The notes beneath the pieces were generated by a model, which searched no databases, was not told where the DNA came from, and saw nothing but the letters and a program-made list of their open reading frames with translations. The translations under genes and the position numbers were made by a program. From Nemertoderma westbladi (lineage: Eukaryota > Animalia > Xenacoelomorpha): a stretch of 64,000 nt of DNA. Location of the stretch: NCBI GenBank assembly GCA_032718475.1, contig JAUCBJ010000013.1:20428-84427 (forward strand). The letters are read 5' to 3'. Shown here piece by piece: positions 11,301 through 25,406 of the stretch. Each line of letters begins with the position of its first letter. Positions within the stretch are counted from its first letter, which is position 1.

Positions 11301-13515
11301 AGAAAATATTGTACTTTATGTCCAAAATACTGATTTTCTATCAAAATGCATCTGTTTGCAGTGGTTGTCAAGGAAACTGAAAAATAGAACAATGTAATTC
11401 GGATGCAGAATAACTCATATAGTGGGGGTAGGTGTTGGTCCCAAGTCATAATACTATTAACTTGTGCTTCAAATTATTATTTTATAAATTTTGACATCTG
11501 TTTAGTCTTGTTGCTATGGTAACTGGATTTCGTAATTAACCTCGAACGGCTTGTATATAGCTATTATATAACACATATACCGAATTTCAAAAAGTATTGT
11601 AGTTTATGTCCAAATTACCGATTTTCTATCAAAATGCATCTGTTTGCAGTGGTTGTCATGGAAACTGAAAAATAGAACAATGTAATTCGGATGCAGAATA
11701 AGTCATATAGTGGGGGTAGGTGTTGCCCTCAAGTCATAATACTATTAACTTGTGCTTCAAATTATCATTTTATAAATTTTAACATCTGTTTAGTCTTGTT
11801 GCTATGGTAACTGGATTTTCTAATTAACCTCGAACGTCTTGGATATGGACCTTATAGATGAGTTGCAAAACCCCAAGTTATATATATTACAGTTTTGCTA
11901 CAAATAGTGTAATGAATATAGAATTGAATTATATAGACTTTAATAAACTACAGTTACCATGGTAAATAGATATTTCTGGAATGTTTTGAGTTTCACTAAA
12001 AGTTTAACTAGTGGACCAGATAACACATACCCAGTTTCGGATAATTTGATCGCGAAGTCTATGTCCAAAAGAGCTATATTTGTATCAAAACATCTGTTTT
12101 AAGCGGTTGTCATGGGAACAGGAAAATGGAACAGTGAAATTCGGATGCAGAATAAGTCATATAGTGGGGGTAAGGGTTGGTCCCAAGTCATAACACATTA
12201 ACCTTAGGCTTCAAATTAACATTTTATAAATTTTAACATCTGTTTAGCCCGGTTGCCAAGGTAACTGGATTTTCTATTGAACCTCAATCGGCTCTGTTAT
12301 GGACCTTATAGTTGAGTTGAGAAACCCCAAGTTTATATCTATTATAGTTTTCCTAAAAATAGAGTTATAAATATTGACTTGAAATACATAGACTTTTTTT
12401 GAAGTCCGTTGCCATGGAAACCAGATTTTTCCTGGATATGAGACCCGGCCCAAAAGATGCGCCTCGCCGAGTAGTATATACATGCAAAATTTCAGGGTAC
12501 TTTTAAAGGCTAGTTTTTTAACCTATCAAAAAAAACCAAATCTGCCTCATACAAGTAAAATAGCCCACTATGAATAGACCATCTCAGCTAAGGAAAATCT
12601 TTCTTAGCGAAAGTAGTTGATTTTCCTTAGCTTCGTGGATCATTTTATAAATTTTAACATCTGTATAGTCTTGTTGCTATGGTAGCTGGATTTTCAAATT
12701 AACCTCGAACGGTTTGTATATGGACCTTATAGATGAGTTGCAAAACCCCAAGTTTATATATATTACAGTTTTGCTACAAATAGAGTTATCAATATAGATT
12801 TGAATGATATAGAGTTTAATAAACTACAGTTACCATGGTAACTAAATTTCTGGAATAATTTAAGTTTCACTAAAAGTTCCAACTAGTGGTCCAGATAACA
12901 CATTCCCAGTTTTGTAAAATTTTATCGTGAAGTCTATGTCCAAATGAATAAGTTTTGAATAAAAACATATGTTTTCAGCGGTTGTCATGGTAACTGAAAA
13001 ATAGAACAATGTAATTCGGATGCAGAATAAGTTATATAGGGGGGGGTAGGGGTTGGTCCCAAGTCATAACACCTTGCCCTTAGGCTTCAAATTAACATTT
13101 TATAAATTTTAACATCTGTTTATCCCGGTTGCCAAGGTAACTGGATTTTCTATTTAGCCTCAATCGGATCTGCTATGGACCTTATAGTTGTGTTGCGAAA
13201 CCCCAAGTTTATATCTATTATAGTTTTCCTACAAATAGAGTTATAAATATTGACTTGAAATACATAGACTTTTTTTGAAGTCCGTTGCCATGGAAACCAG
13301 ATTTTTCCTGGATATGAGACCCGGCCCAAAAGATGCGCCTCGTCGAGTAGTATATACATGCAAAATTTCAGGGTACTTTTAAAGGCTAGTTTTTTCGCCT
13401 ATCAAAAAACCCCAAATCTGCCTCACACAAGTAAAATAGCCCACTATGAATAGACCATCTCAGCTAAGGAAAATCTTTCTTAGCGAAAGTAGTTGATTTT
13501 CCTTAGCTTCGTGGA
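8344..13515 (-). mobile_element. Cluster of nested non-autonomous Helitron/Helentron-type elements (copies 8344-9611, 9643-10915 and 11085-12639, plus an interrupted outer copy ending at 13515)
   Basis: On the minus strand each copy starts 5'-TCCACGAAGCTAAGGAAAA (sub-TIR plus a short inverted repeat). Each ends with the complementary sub-TIR, the hairpin GCATTTCC-TTTA-GGAAATGC and CTAG/CTCG-3'. Insertion is between A and T with no target duplication. Confidence 0.8.
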
Positions 13516-14468
13516 TATAATATTCTAGAATGTATTTGTATACAATTAAGTGGATAATAACTACACCATGTCCCGTAATATATAGTGTCATTTTCTGATG
13601 ACATGGACCCCCCCCCCCCCCCCCCCCCCCCAGATTTTTGGATTTGAGATTCCAGATTGAAATTTGAAACATAACTAGTTCCACTCACCGTCGATGACCC
13701 CATGAAGCCGGAATTTTCGATTTTGCCTTTAAATTTTTTTATAAGCGTTTTAAAAAAGTGTCTTTTGCGAAATCGCACCCTCCGCATCGTGGCCATTCTT
13801 CACATTAGTCGTAAACAAAGCAAGCTGTTTAATGATATGAAAAAAGTAATTAAGTGCTAATTATGAACAATGGCGAATCTAATTTTATTTTATTTTTGGG
13901 GAATTATTAGTAGTTATGCAGTTAAACTTTCTAGAACAACCTAATAATGACGCGGTGACATATTGGATATCCTGGACATACATAGTAAAATGTATGGCGT
14001 AGGGACATACTGAGAAATAATATCGCACTGCGATATAAAGTTAGAAAATATATCGCCCTGACGATTTGGTACTGCGAAAATAAATCCATACAAATAAATA
14101 ATAATATACATAATTAGGGCGGTGCGTTTTTTACTTTTTTTCGATTTCATTGTTCTACCGGTGCACAAAAGTTACTAAATGGTAAAAAAAATGAGGCCAA
14201 AAAAAATTATTTAAATTTCGTAGAGAACTAGTGCCACAGGCACATGGCCAGAACCTACCATTTGGCACAAGTGATGATAATTCTAAATGGCCAACTTTGA
14301 GTTCTCCTACTGCATTAATATTATGGTCATTAGAAAAGCAATGACCGATTTAGTGGGGGTAGACACCTTCAAAACAAACGTAGAGCGAGCTTTCTTTCTT
14401 TGGAATCTTCTGTAACTATATTGTGTTGTACCAATTATTGTAACTTTTTATTTATCATACTTTTTTAG

Positions 14469-14651
14469 CGAACTGCACGGTGGATGGCGGTTGGACTCCG
14501 TGGTCCCATTGGTCCGTCTGCAGTCAGCCTTGCGGGTCTGGGGTGTCTGTTAGACGGCGTCACTGCAGCAACCCCCCTACACAACATGGCGGCAGGAATT
14601 GTGTAGGTGCAGATATTGATCAGATGCCATGCAATACTCACCAATGCCCAG
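14469..14651 (+). CDS. Sema5: Semaphorin-5-like gene, exon: TSP1 repeat 2
   Basis: ttttag|CG...CCA G|gtaact. NCTVDGGWTPWSHWSVCSQPCGSGVSVRRRHCSNPPTQHGGRNCVGADIDQMPCNTHQCP; phase 1-1. Confidence 0.92.
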
Positions 14652-15260
14652 GTAACTAAAGTTTATCCTAAAGAAATCCCAGAGTGTCGTCATATAGGTT
14701 ACAAAATTATCTCCATATTTGAGGTCATTTCAACTAGAGAAACACAAAAAAAAATTGCAACTCAAATTCATAATTTAGGTTGTAGAGGGTTTTAATTTTA
14801 AAGCATTAATGTCAAAACGAATTCCAACATGGCCCCTTACGAGGATCGAACCCACGACCTCTGTAGCCAGAGATGTTGATTCAATCCAATGGATTTAAAT
14901 TAGATCCAAGGTTACAGGGGGTGAAGGCCTAATAACTATTTATTTACGGAAATATACGTTTCTAGGTTGTAAGTGGGCGTTTATTACAGAATACTCTCAT
15001 TTTCAATTACACTCAAAACAAAACCATTGTAGCGAGGCATACAAAGAGGTGCTAATTGTTTTCTATACCTTACCGGGATGAATACAATTGATTGCTTGAC
15101 TGTTTTGCATCCACTGTTAAATCGAATGTTGGCCTTGTGTTGCGTAAATTTACCGAAGCGCCTTATTAGGTCCGCGTAGCGAGACCTCAGTATTCACTCC
15201 GCTGTTGTTACTGTTGTTGTTGTTAATTTCTCGTTAGGTTTTGGTATTAAGAATTGCTAC

Positions 15261-15430
15261 GGTCCGAGTGGCTCAGTTGGCAGAGCGTAAGACTTGGAAT
15301 CTCTAGGTGCCGAGTTCAATCCCCGTTCCGGTGAATGTTTTTTTTCTTTTAAGATTGGTTTTAAGCCATTCAAGGAGACAGTTCATACTTTAGTAGACGC
15401 GGACCTTTTACGCGATTTTGTGAATTGTTT
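15261..15430 (+). mobile_element. tRNA-derived SINE-like element
   Basis: A-box TGGCTCAGTTGG and B-box-like GAGTTCAATCCC, followed by a T-run. A diverged sister copy lies at about 28640-28750. Confidence 0.55.
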
Positions 15431-17072
15431 TACATATGAGATTTATTATTGTTATTATTGTTTTCTTTCGCTTCGATTCAAGCTAAACCATCGGCAAACT
15501 TTAATGATAATGAATTTTCCCATTTCACGAACATTCATGAAATTTGATCTCTATTTCTGTAGATTTTATTTATAGGGGGGGGGGGGGGGTAAACATGGCC
15601 CCCTCCCGGTATTTTATCTCAAGGTTCGATTATTTAGGGCAGCAGTAGAACCAGTGGCTTTAAGGATAGCACATATGTCACCAAACTTGAACTTGCCGCT
15701 ATAGGACCACCAAAGGGAACATGTAAATGGCATGTAACACTCTAAACCGAAAAAAGTGGTCAAATCATCAAGTTTTCAAAAGCATGACACATTATACTTA
15801 TTTCAAAAGCTCAGAATTTTCTCTATTTTTAGTGCTAATCAGAGATAAAGCTAATTAAGACAGGACAAATTAAAAACTACAAACTGTAGTCTTGTACAAT
15901 TTGTACAACTTCCAAGACTACATTGTAACCTTGGAAACTTGCTTATTACAGAGTATTTCATCTTTAAGCCCTACGTACCTCTGTTCAGTTCATTCACTAT
16001 ACAGTATTATTGATTAGCCTAAATCAAACAATTACCAGTAAAAGACGGAACAGGCTCTACATAAATTTTACGACAATATGAAATTTGCTTTCAGTATAGA
16101 TCTTTCAATATCCTAACATTCAAAATATATACATTACAGAATTACGTTTACTCTTCTATAAAATTGATAAAAATCAACCAAATTTACATAATTTCGATAT
16201 TAGGCCGTCAACCGCAGGACAATTTATAGTGCAAACAGGCACTTGCTAACCTCCCTAGCTAACCTCTAGAACGAGAATGAACTGTGATACCCGTACTCCA
16301 TGGTCACAAAGTACGTAAATCATGCCTATATATTATACAACCATGTAATTATTATTAATAATCGGTGGACAAGGCTACGGGACTATTCATAAGCGTACGG
16401 GAACCGCATTTACACTGGGGGGGGGGGGGGGGGGGGGACTTACTGCATATTAAGCCTAACACTATGTGTAGTCTTGGAAGCATAACCGGGGATTTTTAAG
16501 GATAGTCTCTGAATTTTTTTTATTGCCTTGAATTTTGATTTCATAGGAACAGCCTGTCTCTTTATTTCGCGTAGTTGTAAAAAACTTTATCCCAATTTCA
16601 TACCGCTAATAAATATGGTATATGTATGATATGGATTTGATATATTTTGGAGGGTTCCAATTTTGGATGGAATAGAACATAAAGTTTTAGTATATATAGA
16701 AAAATGATATATATAATATAATACCGAAATTTTAAGATAATTTTTTTATGCAAAGAAGTGGTTACAGAGGTTTTTCGACACATAGAATTTCCTTACACTT
16801 TATACTTGGGTTTCTTGTCGCGTTAAAATCGATGCCAATGTACTGAAAGTAGTTTACTGAACTGTAAATTATATGAGGATCACATGGGTATGTAATATAT
16901 TTGCATAAACTTGGTTTGAATTCTTCATTTTCGATCTATTATGACGCCAACTCTTCCAAAACAACACAAATTTTATTGTCAGGTCTACCTTTTTATGTAT
17001 TTTAGGATTTACTTTCTCATGTTGTGTATATAATTAAATTTGTGCTACAGTTTTACAATTTAAATATGTTAA

Positions 17073-18451
17073 GGGCACGTGTTTGTCCATACATTTGACT
17101 ATTAAACTTATGTACCTCTTCTGAGGAATTGGTTCAACAGAATGACTTGAAATTTGGAGGGGAATTAATTTTGCATGTGTCTCAGGCGTGGTAGCAGAAT
17201 AAATAAAAAAAATTATTGTGATCACCAGAAATTTTCAAAGTGAAAAATGTTATTTGCAAAAAGTGAGAAAAACACGTATTTTGGCCGTTTTTTGTTATCT
17301 AACTTTTTAAATTTCTAACCCACATGTCTAAATGTGCTCCCACCTATAAAGGATTAGTAGAAGAACATATACTGAAAATTTCATACAATTTGGTCCAGTA
17401 GTTCCAGAGAAACAGGTACATGAGTGAAAAATAGAAACGAAAAATAAAATTCTGAGATAAAACCATTTAAAGTTTTCAAACCTTCCCGCCATTTTATGTT
17501 AAATGGAGGGATAATTCAAATTGTATTGAAAAAATAAGGAAGAATCCTTCCTAACTAAAATTTTCGATATGGGGGTTTTCTGGGGTGGTGATTGCATTTC
17601 CGATGTTAGTTTTGACGTTTGATGAATTCCAGTCTGTCTGTTTGTCGGACAATCTGTCTGTCTGTCAGTCAATAATTTAGGAAACACACTACCGAACTGA
17701 AATTTAGGTTATGGGGGTTTTCCATGTCGGTGATTTCAACACCGAAGTTAGTTTTGACGTTTGAAGAATTCCAGACTGTCTAACTGTCAGTCTGTCTGTT
17801 TATCAGACAATCTGTCCGTCTGTCAGTCGAAATTTAGGAAAGGACACGACATCGCTAAAAATTGATTTAATGGGTTTTCCTGGTCGGTGATTCCATTTCT
17901 GATGTCAATATTTAAATATAATGGCTTTGTGTTGGGTCTGTATTCATGTCGGTCTGTCCGTCAAAATATAACAGACAGACAGACAACCTAATAGACCATG
18001 TAGAATCCTTTAACCGTTAAAACGGACATAAGAAATGGAATCATAGACCAGGAAAACCTCTACAACAATATTTTCAGTTGTGTATTTCATTCATTACTTT
18101 TTGACTGACAGACAGGCCAACAAACAGAAAGACAGACAGGCAGACATATAGACATGCAGGCAGGCAGGCAGAATGACAGACAATCTAGAATGCATAAACG
18201 TTGATACTGGCATTATAAATGTGATCACTAAACAGGAAAATTCCTACAGTATGGCAAAATTGTACATTGCACGTGTTTCTTAAATTTTGTCAGACTGACC
18301 GACTGACAGCCAAACAGACAGCTATAACTCGAGAACTAAAAGAGATTTCGCTATGTCGTTTTCAGTTTTGAAATAGCCATTAAATTTTGATACAGAATCC
18401 GTAAAAAAATTTTTTTTTATTTTTTTAAATTTTGCCCACAAACAAGTGCCC
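17073..18451. mobile_element. Non-autonomous TIR element with TTAA target duplication (Kolobok-like)
   Basis: ttaa|gggcacgtgtttgt ... acaaacaagtgccc|ttaa. Internal (ctgt)n/(acag)n-containing repeats in inverted arrangement. Confidence 0.65.
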
Positions 18452-19333
18452 TTAAAGAGTAAAAAATTAGTTTTCGAACGATACTTGAATGACGAAAATA
18501 CGTTTAGCGGTTCAAATGTTTCAACTTTGACCAAAATCTTGGACATTGAATTCCTTAAAGTGATACGTGCCAAATACAAAATAATTAGAACAAGTATTTT
18601 TGATTTTTATTTTTGAAGTCTCCTGATGAGGAACTCCCTAATTATTATTATAACTACAGACTATAAAATTATATATTTAAGTAGGCCAACAAAAGGTTAC
18701 TTTCATTTAATTAACTTGACATTAAACTTTGCACCACAAATATCATATACTGTAACTATTCTATCACTCTTATAACCGGTAACGTTAGGTATGTAACAGT
18801 GATATACTCAAAGAACCACCTACTAAATAAGTAAAGCATATAGGCCTAACTGACTCAATTAAATCAGCAATAGTTTGTACATCGGCACAATATAGATCCG
18901 CAAGACTGGGAGTGGAAGTTAATACCATAGCAATCTTCGCAGGTTGGAGTGGGGTCTCCAGGCCCATATGTCTGAGGTGTTGGTTGGGTTGTATATGGGA
19001 GTGTTTGTGGGATAAACGCCTCAGCACAATCCTAGAACGAAAAACGAAAATATATATTTTTTAATTAAACTGTTTAATAACTAATTACTAAATAATTAAT
19101 TATGCACTCTAGCGGCAAACTAAAGAAGAAATAGAAGAAAAAATAGAAATACTTCTAGGAATAGTAATAATAATTCTAGGAATCCTAGGAATAGGAATAG
19201 TTCAGCGTCATAAGAAAGGAACACCCCACAGTCTAGTACATTTCGTAGAAGATTAAGCCTGAACGATTATAAACAATAAACAATAATAAACAATAAACAA
19301 TAAATTTAAAAATGTTTTCTTTCTTCGCATTAA

Positions 19334-20771
19334 CCCTATTACCACTGGGGGGGGGGGGGGGGGGGGCGAATCGGCCCCTTCCTAGTTTTTAGTTGCTGTA
19401 ACTATGCAACCACATTACGTACCGGCCCAATTTTTTGTGAGAATTAGCCAAATTTAATGCCGCATCTTTTGCAAAAAACGCCGTTGCAATTGGATTTCTA
19501 CTTTTCGATGTGGGTGCCACCTCAAAATTTGGTCTCCAGCACCAAATTTTTTGAAATTTTCGAATTTTACAAAGTCATTCGTGATTTAGTAATTATTTAT
19601 GTTTGGGCTATTTTTATTTATTTTTATTGGTTTGGATCACTCTAATGCTCTATACAAGTATGTAAGTGTAGTGGTACGTCATTTTTGGAGCACCAAAATT
19701 AGGGCGTGGCACTTTAAATTTTGAAAAATACGAGATTCTGAAAATACACTAAAGTTTTGATTTGCAAAGCATTTTTATAGGTTTTCTGGAGCGCTGAATC
19801 GATTGAAAGTAATATAGAAGCCTGAAGACTTAGTGGTTCGCCATTTTTGGTGCACCAAAATTAGGGCGTGGCACTTCAAATTTTGAAAAATACGAGATTC
19901 GGAAAATTCACTAAAGTTTTGATTTCAAATTAATTTTATAGGTTTTCTGGAGCGCTGAATCGATTGAAAGTAATATAGAAGCCTCAAATCCTTTGTGTAC
20001 GAAATTTTCGGTGCACCAAAATTAGGGCGTGGCACTTCAAATTTTCAAAATTACTTTATTCGGAAAAAACACTAAAGTTTTGATTTCAAAAAATGGCTAA
20101 CTTCTAAGTCTTCAGGCTTCTATATTACTTTCAATCGATTCAGCGGTCTGGAAAACCTATATAAATTCGTTAAAATTTCAATTTTGGTTTATTTTCCGAA
20201 TCTCGTATTTTTCAAAATTTGAAGTGCCACGCCCTAATTTTGGTGCACCAAAAATGGCGAACCACTCAGTCTTCAGGCTTCTATATTACTTTCAATCGAT
20301 TCAGCGGCCCAGAAAACCCATAAAGATGCGTTGAAATAAAAAAATTAGGGGCATTTTCTGAATATCAAATTTTTCAAAATTTGAAGTGCCACGCCCACTT
20401 CTTAGGTGCACGAAAAATAGCATCCACTTCAATTTTTGGAAGTGGAATATAATCACATTCGATTCAGCGTCTTGAAAAACCTACTAAATCTAGCCAACAC
20501 TGCCACACTATTAGTTTTTAGAAAACGAAAAATTTTGTAATTTTGTCCTGGGACTACTTTTATTTTTCATCAAAATTATGAGTCCCTGCTTATGAAATTT
20601 TAACTTTTTAAGGTTTGGTAGTGTTCATCTATAGTTGTTTCATCAACAGCCCAAATTTTGTAGGATTTCATTGGACGACTACAAAAATATAGTGGGTGGG
20701 CCGAATCGCCCCCCCCCCCCCCCCCCCCCCCCAGTGGTGTTAATGGTAAAAAGACCCCAGTGGTAATAGGG
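19334..20771. mobile_element. piggyBac-like non-autonomous element (CCC...GGG ends, TTAA duplication)
   Basis: ttaa|ccctattaccactgggg ... ccccagtggtaataggg|ttaa. Internal repeats (caccaaaattagggcgtggcac core) run forward at 19690-20090 and reversed at 20100-20480. Confidence 0.85.
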
Positions 20772-21030
20772 TTAAGAGATTTCGCGCTCTGGCGGTAGAT
20801 TGGAGAACCCAAGAACTGCAAAGCCCAAAGCAAATTATTTTCTAAACTTTTGACATGCTACATTATGCCGACATTAGTCCGACAAAATTTGGTTACATTT
20901 AATTGAGGGTTTACTGAGTTATTATAAGGTAATTTTGACAGGAGTGTAAAATAATTAAATATTCTGAACTCCAGAACGCCAGACATACAAGCTGATTGAT
21001 TGCACCCCTACAACTACTACTAATACTGTA

Positions 21031-21180
21031 TTAAGAATGCTGTGCCGGCTTGTTGACAAAATTGTGCGGCCACAACTCCCTATCACCCATGACATTTGCT
21101 AGATCATCCACATCTTCAAGGCCAGTGTCCTTTAAGATGCGTCTCAAGAAAGTCATGGGCTGTCCACCATGCTTATTCGC
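21031..21180 (-). mobile_element. 3' fragment of RTE-like LINE (same family as 28830-29800)
   Basis: Reverse complement of ...gacaagccggcacagcattcttaa. Confidence 0.75.
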
Positions 21181-22867
21181 TCCATGAGGCCACCAAAGCA
21201 CAAGAGGCGCCCCTCGACCTACGATAAGGCTCGCCAGGACATCATTATCGGTCCGAAAATTTTCAGATTGAGAATTTACATGAATACAAAAACCCGAATT
21301 GAAAATTATTGGAACGCGAAATTTCGGTCGAAGAATTCAGTAGAATATAGATATCAAACAGAAGGTTTACTTAATTTCGGCGCCTCATAGTATGGCTACC
21401 GATAATATTTAAACTGCGCTACAGCAATGGTAGTCCAGTTGGTCTGTAAAAATATAAATACATTGAATAACGTCACACATTATTTTTCTACTAAATTTAA
21501 TGCTTGAATCATTATTTTTAAACAATTCCAGCGGCCTAACGAGCCTAAAAGATCCTCCCATTCATAAGATTACTTCTTTTTCCACTAAAGTTTATCATTC
21601 CCAACTATTTTAACTGATCTAACGTTTTCTTCCCATTAGTGCTACAAATATTCTGTGGGTAAACTCTGGGGACATTTTTCTTATTTGCATCTTATTTAAT
21701 GAAACCTAATAATAAGCGCAACCAACTGCCAACTGAACGTACCTTTATAAATAATAACACCATCAAAGTGCATGTGAGGCGTATCATGTGTCCCATATTT
21801 AGCTTCTGAATTCAGTTATTCGAGATTTTAGAGTTAAGCAGTTGTCCCGTAAATGCTGTATGTTACGAAAAATATCTTGATTCTAACGAATAAACTATAC
21901 TCAACCTGAAGCCACATAATATATAGATGTCTAATGTGGACAATCTGTACATTCAACCATTTGATATTGGTTGTAAACTAACAATAGGCCTATACATTGA
22001 ATTGTGCAATCAATATCTACCAAATTTCACAGATTAACTTGATAAAATGCGCGAAAAATTGATTGAACACATTGTCCGTTCTCACATTATTCTTTCTATG
22101 TTACTAAACTGTATTATGTAAGTTATGGTGCAGTAACCGCGATTGAAGGTTTATCATGATCTGACAATCAGAAAAATACGAGTTTGTATTGCCAATAGCA
22201 ATTAAAAGTTAAGTAATTATTGCTTGTGAGTTCCGCTTATGAACTTATGAGCTTGTTGAGCTTATGAATGCCGTTGGGTCTACATAGTTCGGAATCTCTT
22301 ATTATTATCGTCCGGGTTCCACCCCGGTTGCTATAATTAGTAAAATGGCCTGACATGTGAAATAAAATTTACAGAGAGTACACAAAATATACAAGGTTAA
22401 AATTAATATGATAAATATAGACTATATATAACATAATAACGATATACATCATTGTATAATAGTTATAGTTCGACACTAAATCAGCAACAGTAGAATGAAT
22501 GGGCTGCGGGTTTGCCATTGGGTACTTTATTACAATTATACACAATTACACCATGACCCGTAATATAGTGTCATTTTCTGATGACACGGACCCCCACCCC
22601 CCCCCCCCCCAAAAAAAATTTTTTTCTACAAATCTTTATCATATTGCTTGAAATTTGAAACACCACTAGTTCAACTCATCAACTATATTACGGCTCATGG
22701 TGTACATACATAAATATATAAAGGTAAGTGTAACACAATATTGTCAATATTTGGTCCAGTAGAGTCAGTCTGATATTATAAGTAGGGCCATGTAATATAA
22801 AGGCACTAAGATAAAGATTAGGACGAAATGAGTTTGGTTGACTGTATGTGGCGTATTAATGTTAGTA

Positions 22868-25406
22868 CGAGAAAGGCATTTCCTAAAGGAAATGCAACCA
22901 CGAAGCTAAGGAAAATTAAACAAACGGCCACACTTTGGTTCGTTGCTTATAGCCTAGTTTAGTAGCAATTGCCAATAATTAACTTCTATTCCCATGGAAA
23001 CTAGAGTTCTCTGGAACTGTGGGTTTTACCTTTGAAAAAAGATTCAGTCCAGATTGTGGTTCAGATTATAACACATATACCGAGTTTCAGAAAATATTGT
23101 AGTTTATGTCCAAATTACCGATTTTCTATCAAAATGCATCTGTTTGCAGTGGTTGTCATGGAAACTGAAAAATATAATAATGTAATTCGGATGCAGAATA
23201 AGTCATATAGTGGGGGTAGGTCTTGGTCCCAAGTCATAATACTAGAAAGGCATTTCCTAAAGGAAATGCAACCACGAAGCTAAGGAAAATTAAACAAACG
23301 GCCACAATTTGGTTCGTTGCTTAGCCTAGTTTAGTAGCATTTGCCAATAAATAACTTCTATTCCCATGGAAACTAGAGTTCTCTGGAACTGTTGGTTTTA
23401 CCTTTGAAAAAAGATTCAGTCCAGATTGTTTTTCAGATAACACATCGAGTTTCAGAAAATATTGTAGTTTATGTCCAAATTACAGATTTTCTATCAAAAT
23501 GCATCTGTTTGCAGTGGTTGTCATGGAAACTGAAAAATAGAACAATGTAATTCGGATGCAGAATAAGTCATATAGTGGGGGTAGGTGTTGGTCCCAAGTC
23601 ATAATACTATTAAATTGTGCTTCAAATTATCATTTTATTAATTTTAACATCTGTTTACTCTTGTTGCTATGGTAAATGGATTTTCTAATTAACTTCGAAC
23701 GGCTTGTATATGGACCTTATAGATGAGTTACAAAACCCCAAGTTTATATATATTACAGTTTTGCTAGAAATAGAGTTATCAATATAGACTTGAATGATAT
23801 AGAGTTTAATAAACTACAGTTACCATGGTAACTAAATTTCTGGAATGATTTAAGTTTCACTAAAAGTTCCAACTAGTGGTGCAGATAACACATACCCAGT
23901 TTTGTAAAATTTTATCGCGAAGTCTATGTCCAAATGAATAATTTTTGTATAAAAACATCTGTTTTCGGCTGTTGTCATGGTAACTGAAAAATAGAACAAT
24001 GTAATTCGGATGCAGAATAAGTTATATAGTGGGGGTAGGGGTTGGTCTCAAGTCATAACACCTTGCCCTTAGGCCTCAAATTATCATTTTATAAATTTTA
24101 ACATCTGTTTATCCCGGTTGCCAACGTAACTGGATTTTCTATTTAGCCTCAATCGGATCTGCTATGGACCTTATAGTTGTGTTGCAAAACCCCAAGTTTA
24201 AATCTATTATAGTTTTCCTACAAATAGAGTTATAAATATTGACTTGAAATACATAGACTTTTTTTGAAGTCCGTTGCCATGGAAACCAGATTTTTCCTGG
24301 ATATGAGACCCGGCCCAAAAGATGCGCCTCGCCGAGTAGTATATACATGCAAAATTTCAGGGTACTTTTAAAGGCTAGTTTTTTCGCCTATCAAAAAACC
24401 CCAAATCTGCCTCACACAAGTAAAATAGCCCACTATGAATAGACCATCTCAGCTAAGGAAAATCTTTCTTAGCGAAAGTAGTTGATTTTCCTTAGCTTCG
24501 TGGACTATTAACTTGTGCTTCAAATTATCATTTTATAAATAGTAACATCTGTTTAGTCTTGTTGCTATGGTAACTGTACTTTCTAATTAACCTCAAACGG
24601 CTTGGATGGATATGGAAATTATAGATGAGTTACAAAACCCCAAGTTTATATATATTACAGTTTTGCTAGAAATAGAGTTATCAATATAGACTTGAATGAT
24701 ATAGAGTTTAATAAACTACAGTTACCATGGTAACTAAATTTCTGGAATGATTTAAGTTTCACTAAAAGTTCCAACTAGTGGTGCAGATAACACATACCCA
24801 GTTTTGTAAAATTTTATCGCGAAGTCTATGTCCAAATGAATAATTTTTGTATAAAAACATCTGTTTTCGGCTGTTGTCATGGTAACTGAAAAATAGAACA
24901 ATGTAATTCGGATGCAGAATAAGTTATATAGTAGGGGTAGGGGTTGGTCTCAAGTCATAACACCTTGCCCTTAGGCCTCAAATTATCATTTTATAAATTT
25001 TAACATCTGTTTATCCCGGTTGCCAACGTAACTGGATTTTCTATTTAGCCTCAATCGGATCTGCTATGGACCTTATAGTTGTGTTGCGAAACCCCAAGTT
25101 TAAATCTATTATAGTTTTCCTACAAATAGAGTTATAAATATTGACTTGAAATACATAGACTTTTTTTGAAGTCCGTTGCCATGGAAACCAGATTTTTCCT
25201 GGATATGAGACCCGGCCCAAAAGATGCGCCTCGCCGAGTAGTATATACATGCAAAATTTCAGGGTACTTTTAAAGGCTAGTTTTTTCGCCTATCAAAAAA
25301 CCCCAAATATGCCTCACACAAGTAAAATAGCCCACTATGAATAGACCATCTCAGCTAAGGAAAATCTTTCTTAGCGAAAGTAGTTGATTTTCCTTAGCTT
25401 CGTGGA
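22868..25406 (-). mobile_element. Two nested copies of the same Helitron-type element (inner copy 23242-24504)
   Basis: Same termini as the 8344-13515 cluster. The inner copy interrupts gtcataata|ctattaac of the outer copy. Confidence 0.85.

Noticed and set aside
13608-13630. Long G/C homopolymers here and elsewhere as functional G-quadruplex elements
   Set aside because: They sit mostly inside repeats, vary in length between copies, and their lengths may be sequencing artefacts.
14830-15335. tRNA genes at about 14830-14865 (-) and 15261-15335 (+), also 47840-47905
   Set aside because: Pol III box-like motifs are present but I could not build complete cloverleafs; treated as SINE heads or pseudogenes.
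10550-25250. Recurrent small ORFs MYILL(D/G)EAHLLGRV…
   Set aside because: They recur only because they lie within copies of the non-coding Helitron-type repeat; no recognisable domain.
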